Below, one piece after another: positions 31,162-41,500 of a stretch of 64,000 nt of DNA (the stretch's first letter is position 1; every line of letters begins with the position of its first letter). Source of the DNA: an uncultured Clostridia bacterium (GTDB lineage: Bacteria > Bacillota > Clostridia > TANB77 > CAG-508). The DNA lies in contig CALXFD010000002.1 in assembly GCA_944387495.1 (NCBI GenBank), forward strand, positions 12,296 to 76,295. Reading direction: 5' to 3'. The notes beneath the pieces are model-generated. The model was not told the DNA's origin. It saw nothing but the letters and a program-made list of their open reading frames with translations, and ran no database searches. The position numbers were made by a program, and so were the translations under genes.

Positions 31162-31423
31162 TTTAACACTCCTTCCATTATAATTTTCATAATATATTTT
31201 TTATAATTTAAGATGTGAAAGTTTTTCACATCTTAAATTTATTTTCTTTATTTCGTCTTCTTATTTTTTATCTTTCCTTTTTTAGAACTAAATATAAAAT
31301 TTTTCAAGTTTTTATTATAACTAATTTCTTCGAAGTATATTATTTTAATAAATCTTTTTCTAATTTTCTTTATTTTTCTATTAACTTTTTATATTTTATA
31401 GCTGTTCATTTATTTACTTCTTA

Positions 31424-34042
31424 TTAATTAGTATTTGTATTAGTTGCTGGCGGAGTTTGTGTATTTCCTGTATTTGTTGATGTATTTCCAGTTGGTTTAG
31501 TTGTATTTGTAGTATTTGTTTTAGAGGTATTTCCTGATGCTGTATTATCTCTATTTGTTGATGGTGTTGTATTTTCTTTTGGCTTTTCTTGTTCTTTTGG
31601 CTTTGTATGGATTGTACATACTTCATTTATCTTATTTCCTGTTGTTGAACTTGTTTTTGTTGGCTTCCATAATCCTAATTTTTCTTTTGGAATTACTGCC
31701 CCATAATAATTTGTTCTTACTGCACAATATTGTGAACAGTATTGTGTTGCAACTTTTCCTGATTCTGAACAAATAGTTTGACTACCATGTCCTGCACATT
31801 TTTCTGGTAAATTATCTTGTGAGAATATTTCTTTATATGTGTTTGTACAGCCTGTTGTTGCTAAACATCCTGTTGTTTTACATACTGTTTGTTCTACTAT
31901 TCCAGATGGTTTTGTAAATGTTGCTTTTTCTAAATTTTTATGAATTTCAGTCATAACTCCATCCCAAATTTGTCCTGCTGGGTTTGTTGGGAAATCTCTT
32001 GCACGTACTTCTTCATTTCTATCATATCCAAACCATGTTGCTGCTGCATAATATGGTGTAAATCCACATAGCCATCTATCATAATTTTCATCAGTTGTTC
32101 CTGTTTTTGCTGCTACATCCATACCTTGAATTGCACAATATGTTGCTGTTCCTCCTGATTTAACTGGCTCTTCTAATATTTGTTTTGTAATATATGCATT
32201 TTGTTCTGAAATTACTCTTGTTTGTTCTTGTTTTGGTGTTAATACTGTATTTCCACTAGAATCTACAACCTTTGTATAAAATGTTGGTGTTATATATACC
32301 CCATCATTTGCAATTGTTGCATATGCTGATGCCATTTCTAATGGTGTTGCACCATTTTTAGTTCCACCAAGTGCTAATGATAATTCATTATCTTCATCTG
32401 CTTTTATTGATGTTATTCCCATTTTATTTAGATATTCAATTGATTTTTCTGGTGATAATTCTCTCATTATTTTTAATGCTGGTATATTAAGTGATTTTGA
32501 GATGAAATATCTTATATTTACTGGTTGATTGCTAAATTTACCATTTTCGTTTTTAGGAATATAATTTCCACCAAAATTTGTTTCTTCATCCATATATGTA
32601 GTTGCTGCTGTTATAACTTTTTCTTGTAATGCTGGTGCTATTATTGCTACTGGTTTTATTGATGAACCTGTTTGTCTAACACTTTGTGTTGCTCTATTTA
32701 AACCTCTTGATTCTGTTTTTTCTCCTAATCCACCAACAGTACCTACAACATTTCCTGTTTTATAATCTATTACTACCATTGCTGCTTGTGTATGTTCATT
32801 TATCTTGTTTCCATCTTTATCTTTATCTCTTCCTGTTACTATATATTTATCTTTTTTAAATTCTTCTTCCATTTGTGTTTGTATATTTGTGTCAACAGTA
32901 GAATATATTGTCAATCCACTACTATATACATAGTTTTCTGCTAATTGTTTTGATATGCCCTTTTCTTCCATTACTTGATTTATTACTTGGTCAATAGCTG
33001 CTTCTGTATGATATGAATATGAAGAACTTGTACTTATATCTCCTTTTTGGAATTTCAATCCTGCATCAACTTCTGCTATTGCTGCATTATATTCATCTTG
33101 GCTATTTATATATCCTAATTCGTTCATTTTATTTAATGCTACTTTTGTTTGTTTTTTAATTAATTCTGTATTATCTTTTGATGTATCAAATGGGTTATAT
33201 GAGCTTGGTGAACTATTAATTCCTGCCATATATGCACATTCTGCTAAGCTTAAATCTTTTGCACTTTTATTGAAATAATATTCAGCTCCTAGTTCTACAC
33301 CATGTAGGTTTCCTTCTCCTCCAACATATAAGATATTTAGGTATAATTCTAGTATTTGTGATTTTGAAATCATTCTTTCAACTTGATAAGCTTTTGCCCA
33401 TTCTTTAATTTTTCTCATTATACCTGCTAAGCCTTCTCTTTCGTCATCTTTGGTAATATTTTTTACTAATTGTTGTGTTATTGTACTACCACCATATGAA
33501 CTATCACCTAATAAAGTATGTAAAATTGCACCTAATGTTCTTTTTATATCAACACCATGATGTTCATAAAATCTTTCATCTTCCATTGCAACATATGCTT
33601 TTGGTAAATATTCTGCCATGTCGTCAATTGATATTACTTTTCTCTTTTCATCTCCACTTAAATTGGCTACAACTGCTCCATTTTGGTCTACTACTACTGT
33701 ATTTGCAACTCCTATTTTTAATTCATCTTTTGTTATTTCAAAATCATCTCCAAATAGACCAAAAAATATTCCTGCAACTATTCCTGCTCCTATCACACAT
33801 AATAATAAGAAAATTACTATTCCTATTCTTATTGCCATTGCAAGTTTTGGGTGTCTATCGCCAAATTTTTCTTTTTTACCATTTTTTCCTTTTTTCTTCA
33901 CATTTGGCTTTTTTGTATTAACTCTTTTTGTTTGTTCATTATCACTATTTATATTTCTTATCTTTCTTTTTTTAGATTTCTTTACCTTATATGGTCTTGT
34001 TTTTCCGTTATCTCTATTACTTTTACTACGATTATTTGGCAT
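31424..34042 (-). CDS. class A penicillin-binding protein (transglycosylase/transpeptidase) with a Cys-rich and Thr/Asn-rich C-terminal tail
   Basis: GT51 motifs (EDERFYEHHGVD, RKIKEW) and transpeptidase motifs (SSIKP, KTGT). The ATG at 34042 lies 8 nt after aaggagg; the track ORF starts at 34081. Confidence 0.9.
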   Translation of the reverse strand: MPNNRSKSNRDNGKTRPYKVKKSKKRKIRNINSDNEQTKRVNTKKPNVKKKGKNGKKEKFGDRHPKLAMAIRIGIVIFLLLCVIGAGIVAGIFFGLFGDDFEITKDELKIGVANTVVVDQNGAVVANLSGDEKRKVISIDDMAEYLPKAYVAMEDERFYEHHGVDIKRTLGAILHTLLGDSSYGGSTITQQLVKNITKDDEREGLAGIMRKIKEWAKAYQVERMISKSQILELYLNILYVGGEGNLHGVELGAEYYFNKSAKDLSLAECAYMAGINSSPSSYNPFDTSKDNTELIKKQTKVALNKMNELGYINSQDEYNAAIAEVDAGLKFQKGDISTSSSYSYHTEAAIDQVINQVMEEKGISKQLAENYVYSSGLTIYSTVDTNIQTQMEEEFKKDKYIVTGRDKDKDGNKINEHTQAAMVVIDYKTGNVVGTVGGLGEKTESRGLNRATQSVRQTGSSIKPVAIIAPALQEKVITAATTYMDEETNFGGNYIPKNENGKFSNQPVNIRYFISKSLNIPALKIMRELSPEKSIEYLNKMGITSIKADEDNELSLALGGTKNGATPLEMASAYATIANDGVYITPTFYTKVVDSSGNTVLTPKQEQTRVISEQNAYITKQILEEPVKSGGTATYCAIQGMDVAAKTGTTDENYDRWLCGFTPYYAAATWFGYDRNEEVRARDFPTNPAGQIWDGVMTEIHKNLEKATFTKPSGIVEQTVCKTTGCLATTGCTNTYKEIFSQDNLPEKCAGHGSQTICSESGKVATQYCSQYCAVRTNYYGAVIPKEKLGLWKPTKTSSTTGNKINEVCTIHTKPKEQEKPKENTTPSTNRDNTASGNTSKTNTTNTTKPTGNTSTNTGNTQTPPATNTNTN

Positions 34043-34200
34043 TTTATTACCTCCTTGCCAATTTTTTCTTGACGAATACATTATATTATATTTTTTAAAA
34101 AAAGAAAAGTCTTTGTATGAAAATTAATTAATTAAAATTTTCTTAACTTTATGTAATAAAAATTTAAGTTTAAAAGTTAGTTTTAATGATAAAATAAATT

Positions 34201-35055
34201 TTATATTATAGTTTTTCTTGCAATTAATTTATCTATTTGTACATCATCTTTTCTAATTTTTTCTATAACCTGTTTTATAGGTTGTGTTTTATATTGTTCT
34301 GCTTCATATATATCTTTTAATGCAAATTCAGTTGTTTTAGAAAAATCTATTTCATTTGAGTTTAAAACTTTAATTTCATAATCATTTATATTTATTCCAT
34401 TAAACCTCTTTTTTTCTATATTAATACCACCTTCAAAATTAACTATTATAGCCTCATCATTTATATTATATTTATTTAATACTTCTTGTGGAAAATCTAA
34501 ATTTAATATTATTTTTGTTTTGCTTAAACCTTTCTTTTTATTATTTCCTATATTCATAACTATTCCATCTTCTCTTAAAATTTCTTGTTCTAATTTTTTT
34601 AGCTTTTCTATATGAAATGTTATTATATTCAACTTTTTATAGTTTTTTACTAAGTTTTTTATATTAATAATTTCTAATTCTGAAATATTATTTGTTAGTA
34701 CAGATATTTGTATGTTTGCTCTATTTAGTTCTTTCTTTTTTATAATATATTCTAAAACATCAGGTAATAAAAGTTTAAATAACCATACTCCATCTACAAT
34801 ATCATAATTATATTTATATAAACAATTAACGTATTGCTTTTGTTTTTTTATATTTTTACTTAATACAAGCTTTTTAGAATTTGTTTTTGCAAGTATTTTA
34901 TTTGTCTTATATGCTAATTTTTCTAAATTATTTACAGTTTTTTTATTATTACTTTCTATATTTATTGGTAATATAATTTCATCATTTTTTAATCTTACAA
35001 TATTTAATTTTTCTAAGAGAATATTAGGCTTGTCAATTTCTTTTATATAATACAT
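34201..35055 (-). CDS. hypothetical protein
   Basis: 284 aa, Lys/Asn/Ile-rich, with no TM and no motif I recognise. It occupies the slot downstream of truB. Confidence 0.55.
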   Translation of the reverse strand: MYYIKEIDKPNILLEKLNIVRLKNDEIILPINIESNNKKTVNNLEKLAYKTNKILAKTNSKKLVLSKNIKKQKQYVNCLYKYNYDIVDGVWLFKLLLPDVLEYIIKKKELNRANIQISVLTNNISELEIINIKNLVKNYKKLNIITFHIEKLKKLEQEILREDGIVMNIGNNKKKGLSKTKIILNLDFPQEVLNKYNINDEAIIVNFEGGINIEKKRFNGININDYEIKVLNSNEIDFSKTTEFALKDIYEAEQYKTQPIKQVIEKIRKDDVQIDKLIARKTII

Positions 35056-35113
35056 AAAAAATCACCTCATACATTTTACTTAAATATATGTTGGTGATTT
35101 TATTTTTATTACT

Positions 35114-35977
35114 TTATAATATTATATCTCTTTTTAATAAATTGTTTTTTACTTCTCCTATTCCTATAAAGTTATTTTCACAATATATTCTATAAATTTG
35201 AGCTTCATTATTAAATGTTAATTTAACTCCATTTAAAAAAAGTTTTAATTTTCTTTGAGATAAAACAATTTTGGGTTTATCTTTAAATAAATCTTCAATT
35301 GTGATTAACTTTTCTTTTATAAGAGCATTATTTTCTTCTATATCTTGCATATTTACTGAATCTCTTATATTAAAGTTTCCAACTTGAACTCTGTTTAATG
35401 CACTCATATATCCGATTGTACCTAATTTTTTTGCAATATCTTCACATAGACTTCTAATATATGTACCTTTTGAACATTTCACTTGATATTTAATTTTCAT
35501 ATTTTCTACATCAAGAGTAGTTAATTTAATATCATATATTTGTATTTCTCTTGGTTCAATTTCAACTTCTTGTCCTTTTCGTGCATATTCATATAATTTT
35601 TTGCCATTTATTTTAATTGCAGAATATATAGGTGGTACTTGTTTACTAATACCTAAAAAACTTTTTAAAACATTTTCTATATTAGTTTTTTCTAAAATAT
35701 TAGTATCTACTTTTTCTTCTTGTAGAACTTTACCTTCACTATCTGCTGTATCTGTTTTCTTTCCTAATGTTAATTCCACATCATATATTTTATCATGATT
35801 TATTAAGTATTTAGAACATAATGTTCCTTTTCCAATTAACAAAGGCAAGACTCCTGACGCCATTGGGTCAAGAGTTCCTGTGTGTCCAACCTTTTCATTG
35901 GTTATTTTTTTTATTTTATATACTATATCATGTGATGTGTAGTTTAATGGCTTATTTACAACTAAAATTCCATCCAT
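35114..35977 (-). CDS. truB: tRNA pseudouridine(55) synthase
   Basis: 287 aa with GHTGTLDPMASGVLPL, the catalytic Asp motif. Confidence 0.93.
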   Translation of the reverse strand: MDGILVVNKPLNYTSHDIVYKIKKITNEKVGHTGTLDPMASGVLPLLIGKGTLCSKYLINHDKIYDVELTLGKKTDTADSEGKVLQEEKVDTNILEKTNIENVLKSFLGISKQVPPIYSAIKINGKKLYEYARKGQEVEIEPREIQIYDIKLTTLDVENMKIKYQVKCSKGTYIRSLCEDIAKKLGTIGYMSALNRVQVGNFNIRDSVNMQDIEENNALIKEKLITIEDLFKDKPKIVLSQRKLKLFLNGVKLTFNNEAQIYRIYCENNFIGIGEVKNNLLKRDIIL

Positions 35978-36043
35978 ATTATTCCAACCTTTTTTACTTA
36001 TTTAGCTTTGTTTTTTATAATTGTTTTTTATTTAGTTTAGCTA

Positions 36044-36925
36044 TTATTTCTTTTTTCTATTTTTTAAATATCTTGCAATTACAATAATAACTATTAATAT
36101 AACTGCAATTGAAATACTAATAATAAGCCAATTAATTTCGCTTTTTTCCTCCCTAGTAACATCAATAACATATGTTGTCTTTTTAGTTTCGTCATTTGTA
36201 TCTGTTAATTCTACAATAACTGTATTTTTTCCTACTTCTAGTGGGTCTTGTCCTTTTACAGATACATATATTCCATCATTAGCTTGTGTTTTTACATTTA
36301 AACCATTTATTTCATATGGTACAGTTAAAGTATATTGGAAAGTATCTTTTGAGAAATCAGGAGATAATCTTTCCTTTTTATTATCTCCACCTTCAATATT
36401 TATTCCTTCTATTTCTAATGAAGTTAATCTTAAATCTGATTGTTCATATGGAAGGTTTATTGTTAAATTATACATTTTTACGTTTCCATTTTCTGCTCTT
36501 ACTGTTACTATTAATTTGTTAATACCATCTTCTAATTGTACTTCTCCTGCACCTTCTACTGTTGCTTTTTCGTCTTCTGGCACAGCATTTATTTTTATTG
36601 TTTTTGTATTTTCTTCATTTGGTGTTACTATATAGTCTAATGTTAAACTATTAAATTCAGGCTCTAATTTTGCATTTTCTATTTCTAATGTTTTCAAATT
36701 ATTATTACTTGATTTTCCTACATAGTCTTCTGATGTTTTTGCTTCATTTGCTTGGTTTGCAGCTTTTTCTTCTGCTTGTTTGTCTGCTTCTTCATCTGTA
36801 AAGTCGGCATACCCACTACTATTTGGTGGATATTCCATGTCCGCAAATCTTGCTAATGAAGTATTTGCTATAAATATAATTGATATTATTAATAATATAA
36901 GAAAAAATTTTTTAACTTTACTCAT
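36044..36925 (-). CDS. surface protein with two cadherin-like beta-sandwich repeats and a C-terminal TM anchor
   Basis: Signal peptide. LKTLEIENAKLEPEFNSLTLDYIVTP and LTSLEIEG...LSPDFSKDTFQYTLTVP match the L..L.v....L.P.F....Y.v.V pattern. The C-terminus is WLIISISIAVILIVIIVIA followed by RKKK. Confidence 0.6.
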   Translation of the reverse strand: MSKVKKFFLILLIISIIFIANTSLARFADMEYPPNSSGYADFTDEEADKQAEEKAANQANEAKTSEDYVGKSSNNNLKTLEIENAKLEPEFNSLTLDYIVTPNEENTKTIKINAVPEDEKATVEGAGEVQLEDGINKLIVTVRAENGNVKMYNLTINLPYEQSDLRLTSLEIEGINIEGGDNKKERLSPDFSKDTFQYTLTVPYEINGLNVKTQANDGIYVSVKGQDPLEVGKNTVIVELTDTNDETKKTTYVIDVTREEKSEINWLIISISIAVILIVIIVIARYLKNRKKK

Positions 36926-36945
36926 ATTCCTTCCTCTTTCATATT

Positions 36946-38409
36946 TTATTTAGTACATAGATGTAAAGTATCATCTTTTATTATAACTTGTTGCTCATTA
37001 AATTCATAATCCTGCCAATCTTGATTTTTGAAAAATGTATCAATTTCTTCATTTTTCTCCACTGAACCTAATGGTCTATTTAATATTAATTCTAATATTC
37101 CCCTTGTTCCCCACTCTGTGTAAAATGCTCTTGCATTGGCATCTCCAAGGAAACGAGTGTCTTCATACTGTGCTTTATCACTATTTGGATAAAATGCAAC
37201 TTTTGTAATCGTTTTTCCTGTTTCTTTTTCATAATTTTCCATCATTGCTACAATTTTTTCAGCTCTATCCATATCTAATTTATTTGTATAATAATGGTCT
37301 AATATAATATCTGTAAAATTAGCATATAAAATAGCTAAGAAAATTATTCCACATAAAATAATTGATATATCAACGATTTTCTCTGTTTTTACTCTTTGAT
37401 ACATTAACATTAATATAATTGCAACTAGTGCTCCTAAACAATATATAGTTCTTGGAACTATGTATACTTGTGCTGAAACTATTTGTGGTGCTACTGCTGC
37501 TACTACAACAGCTGCAATTACATATATTAAAAAGAAAAAGTTTAAAACTTTTTTACTTATTTTTTCTTTACTTTGTATTATTTTTATAATAAATAATAAT
37601 ATTACTATTATTGCAAAACCTACAAAAACATAGTCTGGTAAAATACCAAATGTTTCTTTCATAATATTTGCAAGGTTTTCCATAATCTTGCTTATTTTTT
37701 CTCCTAAACTTAAAGGATTTTCTAATCTGTTACTATGGAAAATAAATTTAACTATCAATAAATTTAAAAATGCTGGTATTGCATATAGTAATCCTACAAT
37801 TATGTTGTTTTTTATAAATTCACTTATTTTCTTAGAATTTTTAACTATATATATGCTTCCTATTGCAACAAATAATCCTACTGTTCCTTGGTAACAACAA
37901 TTAGCTGCAAACATCTCTATAAGTATTAAAATTATAGCTTTCTTATTTCCTGATAGTGCTTTTTCTATGTTTCCAACAGCCATAATGACAAACAAAACAG
38001 ATAACATCATTATTCCTTTTTCAACAAACATATATAATTCTAATATACTGAAATTTATTATTGTTAATATTGAAATTAATATAGTCATCTTTTCATTTTT
38101 TATATCTCTTTTTAGAATTTCATTTAATTTGTACATACTAAATACAGTTGCTAATATAGCTAATATAAATGATATCATATACCTAGCTTCTAAGGTTATT
38201 CCAGATAATACAACAAAAAACGCTCCTGAAATTAATCTTCCAAGATTTACTAAATGAATTGCTGGGGCAATTTCTACTGAATATCCATATGTATCAACTG
38301 TGAAATTTTGTATAATATATATTCCAAAAAATAATAATGTTACAGCTAAAAAAACATATAAACTCTTATTTTTTAGTGTATCAGTTATTACCTCTACTAC
38401 TTTTTTCAT
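36946..38409 (-). CDS. polytopic membrane protein, probably a GtrII/GT-C-like extracytoplasmic glycosyltransferase
   Basis: 487 aa with about 11 hydrophobic segments followed by a soluble C-terminal domain. It sits in the glycan cluster. Assignment rests on architecture only. Confidence 0.5.
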   Translation of the reverse strand: MKKVVEVITDTLKNKSLYVFLAVTLLFFGIYIIQNFTVDTYGYSVEIAPAIHLVNLGRLISGAFFVVLSGITLEARYMISFILAILATVFSMYKLNEILKRDIKNEKMTILISILTIINFSILELYMFVEKGIMMLSVLFVIMAVGNIEKALSGNKKAIILILIEMFAANCCYQGTVGLFVAIGSIYIVKNSKKISEFIKNNIIVGLLYAIPAFLNLLIVKFIFHSNRLENPLSLGEKISKIMENLANIMKETFGILPDYVFVGFAIIVILLFIIKIIQSKEKISKKVLNFFFLIYVIAAVVVAAVAPQIVSAQVYIVPRTIYCLGALVAIILMLMYQRVKTEKIVDISIILCGIIFLAILYANFTDIILDHYYTNKLDMDRAEKIVAMMENYEKETGKTITKVAFYPNSDKAQYEDTRFLGDANARAFYTEWGTRGILELILNRPLGSVEKNEEIDTFFKNQDWQDYEFNEQQVIIKDDTLHLCTK

Positions 38410-38442
38410 TTTTTCCTCTCCTATTTCATATGATTATTCATT

Positions 38443-38467
38443 AAATTGGGAGCTAAGCTCCCAATTT
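38443..38467. terminator. hairpin downstream of the ricin-lectin autolysin gene
   Basis: aaattgggagc / gctcccaattt (11 bp, 3 nt loop). The clear T-tract is on the plus side only. Confidence 0.4.
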
Positions 38468-38506
38468 AACTCTTTTTTTCTTTATGCAAATCTCAATTTT
38501 TAAATT

Positions 38507-41500
38507 TTATACTTCTTTTAAATACTTTGTAGCCACAAATCCTTTACTTCCATCATCAAATATAACTTCATCCCATACAAATCCGTCTAAATTGTATGTT
38601 CCTTTATTTATTCTTGTTCCTGTCAAACTCTCACTTATCTCATTTATTAATGGTGGTTCAAATCTAGTTCCTGGTCCATATCTTAGTCTAACATCATCTG
38701 CTGTTACTCTAACCCTATCATTACAATTAGTTACATCTGCTACTTGTTGTAAATATGCTCCTGATGAATATCCTACTTTTCCATCTGTTGTAACTATTCT
38801 ATGCCAATTATTTGCTAGTCTTTCTACTGAAAGTAATATTGTTCCATTGTTTGGAAATTCTGCAATTATGTTATCATCACGAATAACTGGTTCACTTCTT
38901 AGTTTTAAAGGTACATCATTTATATTAACTGTTTTTACATTAATAGGTCCTCTATCTGAGCTTACACCTGGTACTCCGCCTTCATTTGATGGTCTTGGAC
39001 TTGGTTCTTGTGGCATATTTTCATATACTGGTATTATAAATGTAAATTCTGATTCTAGCTTATTAGTATCTGCATATATATTTCTTAAAGTTCTACCTTC
39101 TGAATATGCTGCTGATAAATTTTGCATATATTGATGTGTATATAGTGATGAGCCATTTCTTGTATCTATATCAAATTTATTTTGATATAAAGTATTTTGG
39201 TAATTTTCAAGCCAATCTTCTTTTAAGAATACTATTCCTGCTTCTAATGCTTTTTGCATTGTATCCCATCCGTTTTGCATAGCTGTTGCTAGTGCTGTTT
39301 CATATTCATTTCCTGTTACTGCTCCTATATTATATGGATTATAATATGTTTTTCCATCAGGTCCTTTCATTCCTGTCCCAATTTCTGAACCTTGTGAGCC
39401 TTGTTCTTGGAATAATCTAGCTAGTACAAAATATGGGTTTACACCTTGGCTTTTACAAGCATTATTTATATCATTTTCAAATCCTTGTAAAAATGTTCCT
39501 GATGTTTCATTTGCTATTCCTTGTAATGTAACTGAGCCTTCATCATATTTATTTACATCTAAGAATTGGAATACATCTACATCATTTAAGAAATTTCTAA
39601 TATCCATAAAATATGCAATTCCTTTTTGTGATGCTGAATACCATCCTCCTGAAACAACTGGGTCTGGTGATATCCATTCTCCTTGATATACAGATGGAGA
39701 AACTAAGTTTCTATTTTTATCACTATATTCTCCTGCAACAGCTGTATTAAAGTCTAAACCTGTATATAATATTTCAAATTTCCAATTTGGATGTTTTCTT
39801 GCAATTTCGGCTACTTTTTCTTGTATTCCTGGATATTTATTGCTATCTATATTTACGCCTATATTTACCTTAATAAAATCAAATTTTTGTGATGTTGTTC
39901 CATTGTTTTCATATAATTGTATATTTGTTCCATTTGATGTTTTTCCATCTTTCATATCTAAACATACATTTCCTAATTTAGAAATTACAATATAATGTCC
40001 ATCAGATGTATATCTAATTATCCATCTTTGAGAATCTGTTCCATTATCTTGATATTGCCATACATTTGTACCATTTGTATGTCCTCCCCCTGCTGCATCT
40101 AATACTTTTCCAGATTTTGCACTTGTTATTTTATAATATCCATCATCTTCATATGTAACTATGAATTTTTGTTGTATAGATTCATCATATTGCCATAATT
40201 GGACATTTGCTTCGTTCTCTGTTGAACCACCTGAAATATCTAATCCTACACTATTTTTTGTTCCTACTGCAATTCTATAATTTCCTTCCTCTATCGCTCT
40301 TTCACTTTTGTTTGTGATTTTTACAAACTTAAATTTTTGTGATTTTGTTCCATCTTCTTCTGAAACTTGTACTTTAGTTCCATTAGTTACAGATTCTTGT
40401 GATAAATCTAAATACAAATTATCTAATTTAGAAATTATATTATATTCGCCATTTCCTAAATCTTTTATAATCCATTTTTGTGCTGGTGTTCCATTATTAT
40501 CATATTGTTGTACATTATTTCCTGGTTTATTTACTCCATCTTTTATATCTATTACTTTTGCTGAATTTATAGGTATTATTGTATAATATCCTTTTCCATC
40601 ATATGTAATATTAAATTGTTGTTGTTCTACTCCTGTATATGTCCATGCTTGTACAATAGCACCATTATTTTTTGAACCAGTTGAAATATCTAATCCAATA
40701 TTACTATTAATAGATGTTGCTATACGATATGTACCATCTTCCAAAGTTTTTGTTCCTGTTTGTGAGTCTTTTAATATAAACTTGAATTTTTGTGCAGGTG
40801 TTGTATTTGAATTATATACTTGTAAATTTGCTCCATTTTTTGCTTCTCCACCTGATACATCTAGTGATAATTCATTTAATTTTGAAATTATATTGTAATA
40901 TCCATTACCTGCATCTTTTATAATCCATTTTTGTGCTGCTGTTCCATTGTATTCATATTGTTGTACATTTGTTCCGCTTAACATTCCAGCATTTGAAACA
41001 TCTAAAACTTTGCCAGAGTTTACATTTCTTATCACATAATATCCATTTCCATCATATTCAATTTTGAACTTTTGTTGATTCCCTCCAACATATGTCCATA
41101 CTTGTGCATTTCCACCGTTAGATGTTGAACTAGCTGATATTTCTACTGACATACTATTATTTAGTGATGTTGCTATTCTATATGTTCCATTTTCAATTGT
41201 CTTTTTACCTGTAATAGGTACTATTTCTTCTATTTTAAACTTTTGTGAAGGATTTTCATTACCTGTATATACTTGAATATTTGCGCCTTCTTTTGCTATA
41301 CCATTTAGAACATCTAGATATAACTCACTTTGTTTTGAAACTATAAAATAATATCCATCTGATGATTTTTCTATTATCCATTTTTGTGAATCTGTGCCAT
41401 TATATTCATACTGTTGTACATTTGTTTCGCTTTTTAGTCCTCCGCCTTCTACATCAAGTACTTTACCTGAATATGCATTTCTTATTATGTAATATCCTTT

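Noticed and set aside
31162-31423. A possible T-box leader or riboswitch upstream of cysS, including a 13 bp hairpin at 31208-31236.
   Set aside because: I find no T-box consensus (GGUGGUACCGCG-like) and no specifier-loop architecture. The hairpin lacks a U-tract on the coding strand. The region is simply AT-rich spacer.
31414-31626. A 70-aa Gln/Ile-rich ORF at the PBP 3' end.
   Set aside because: It is an alternative frame of the low-complexity PBP tail, so it is an artefact of repetitive sequence.
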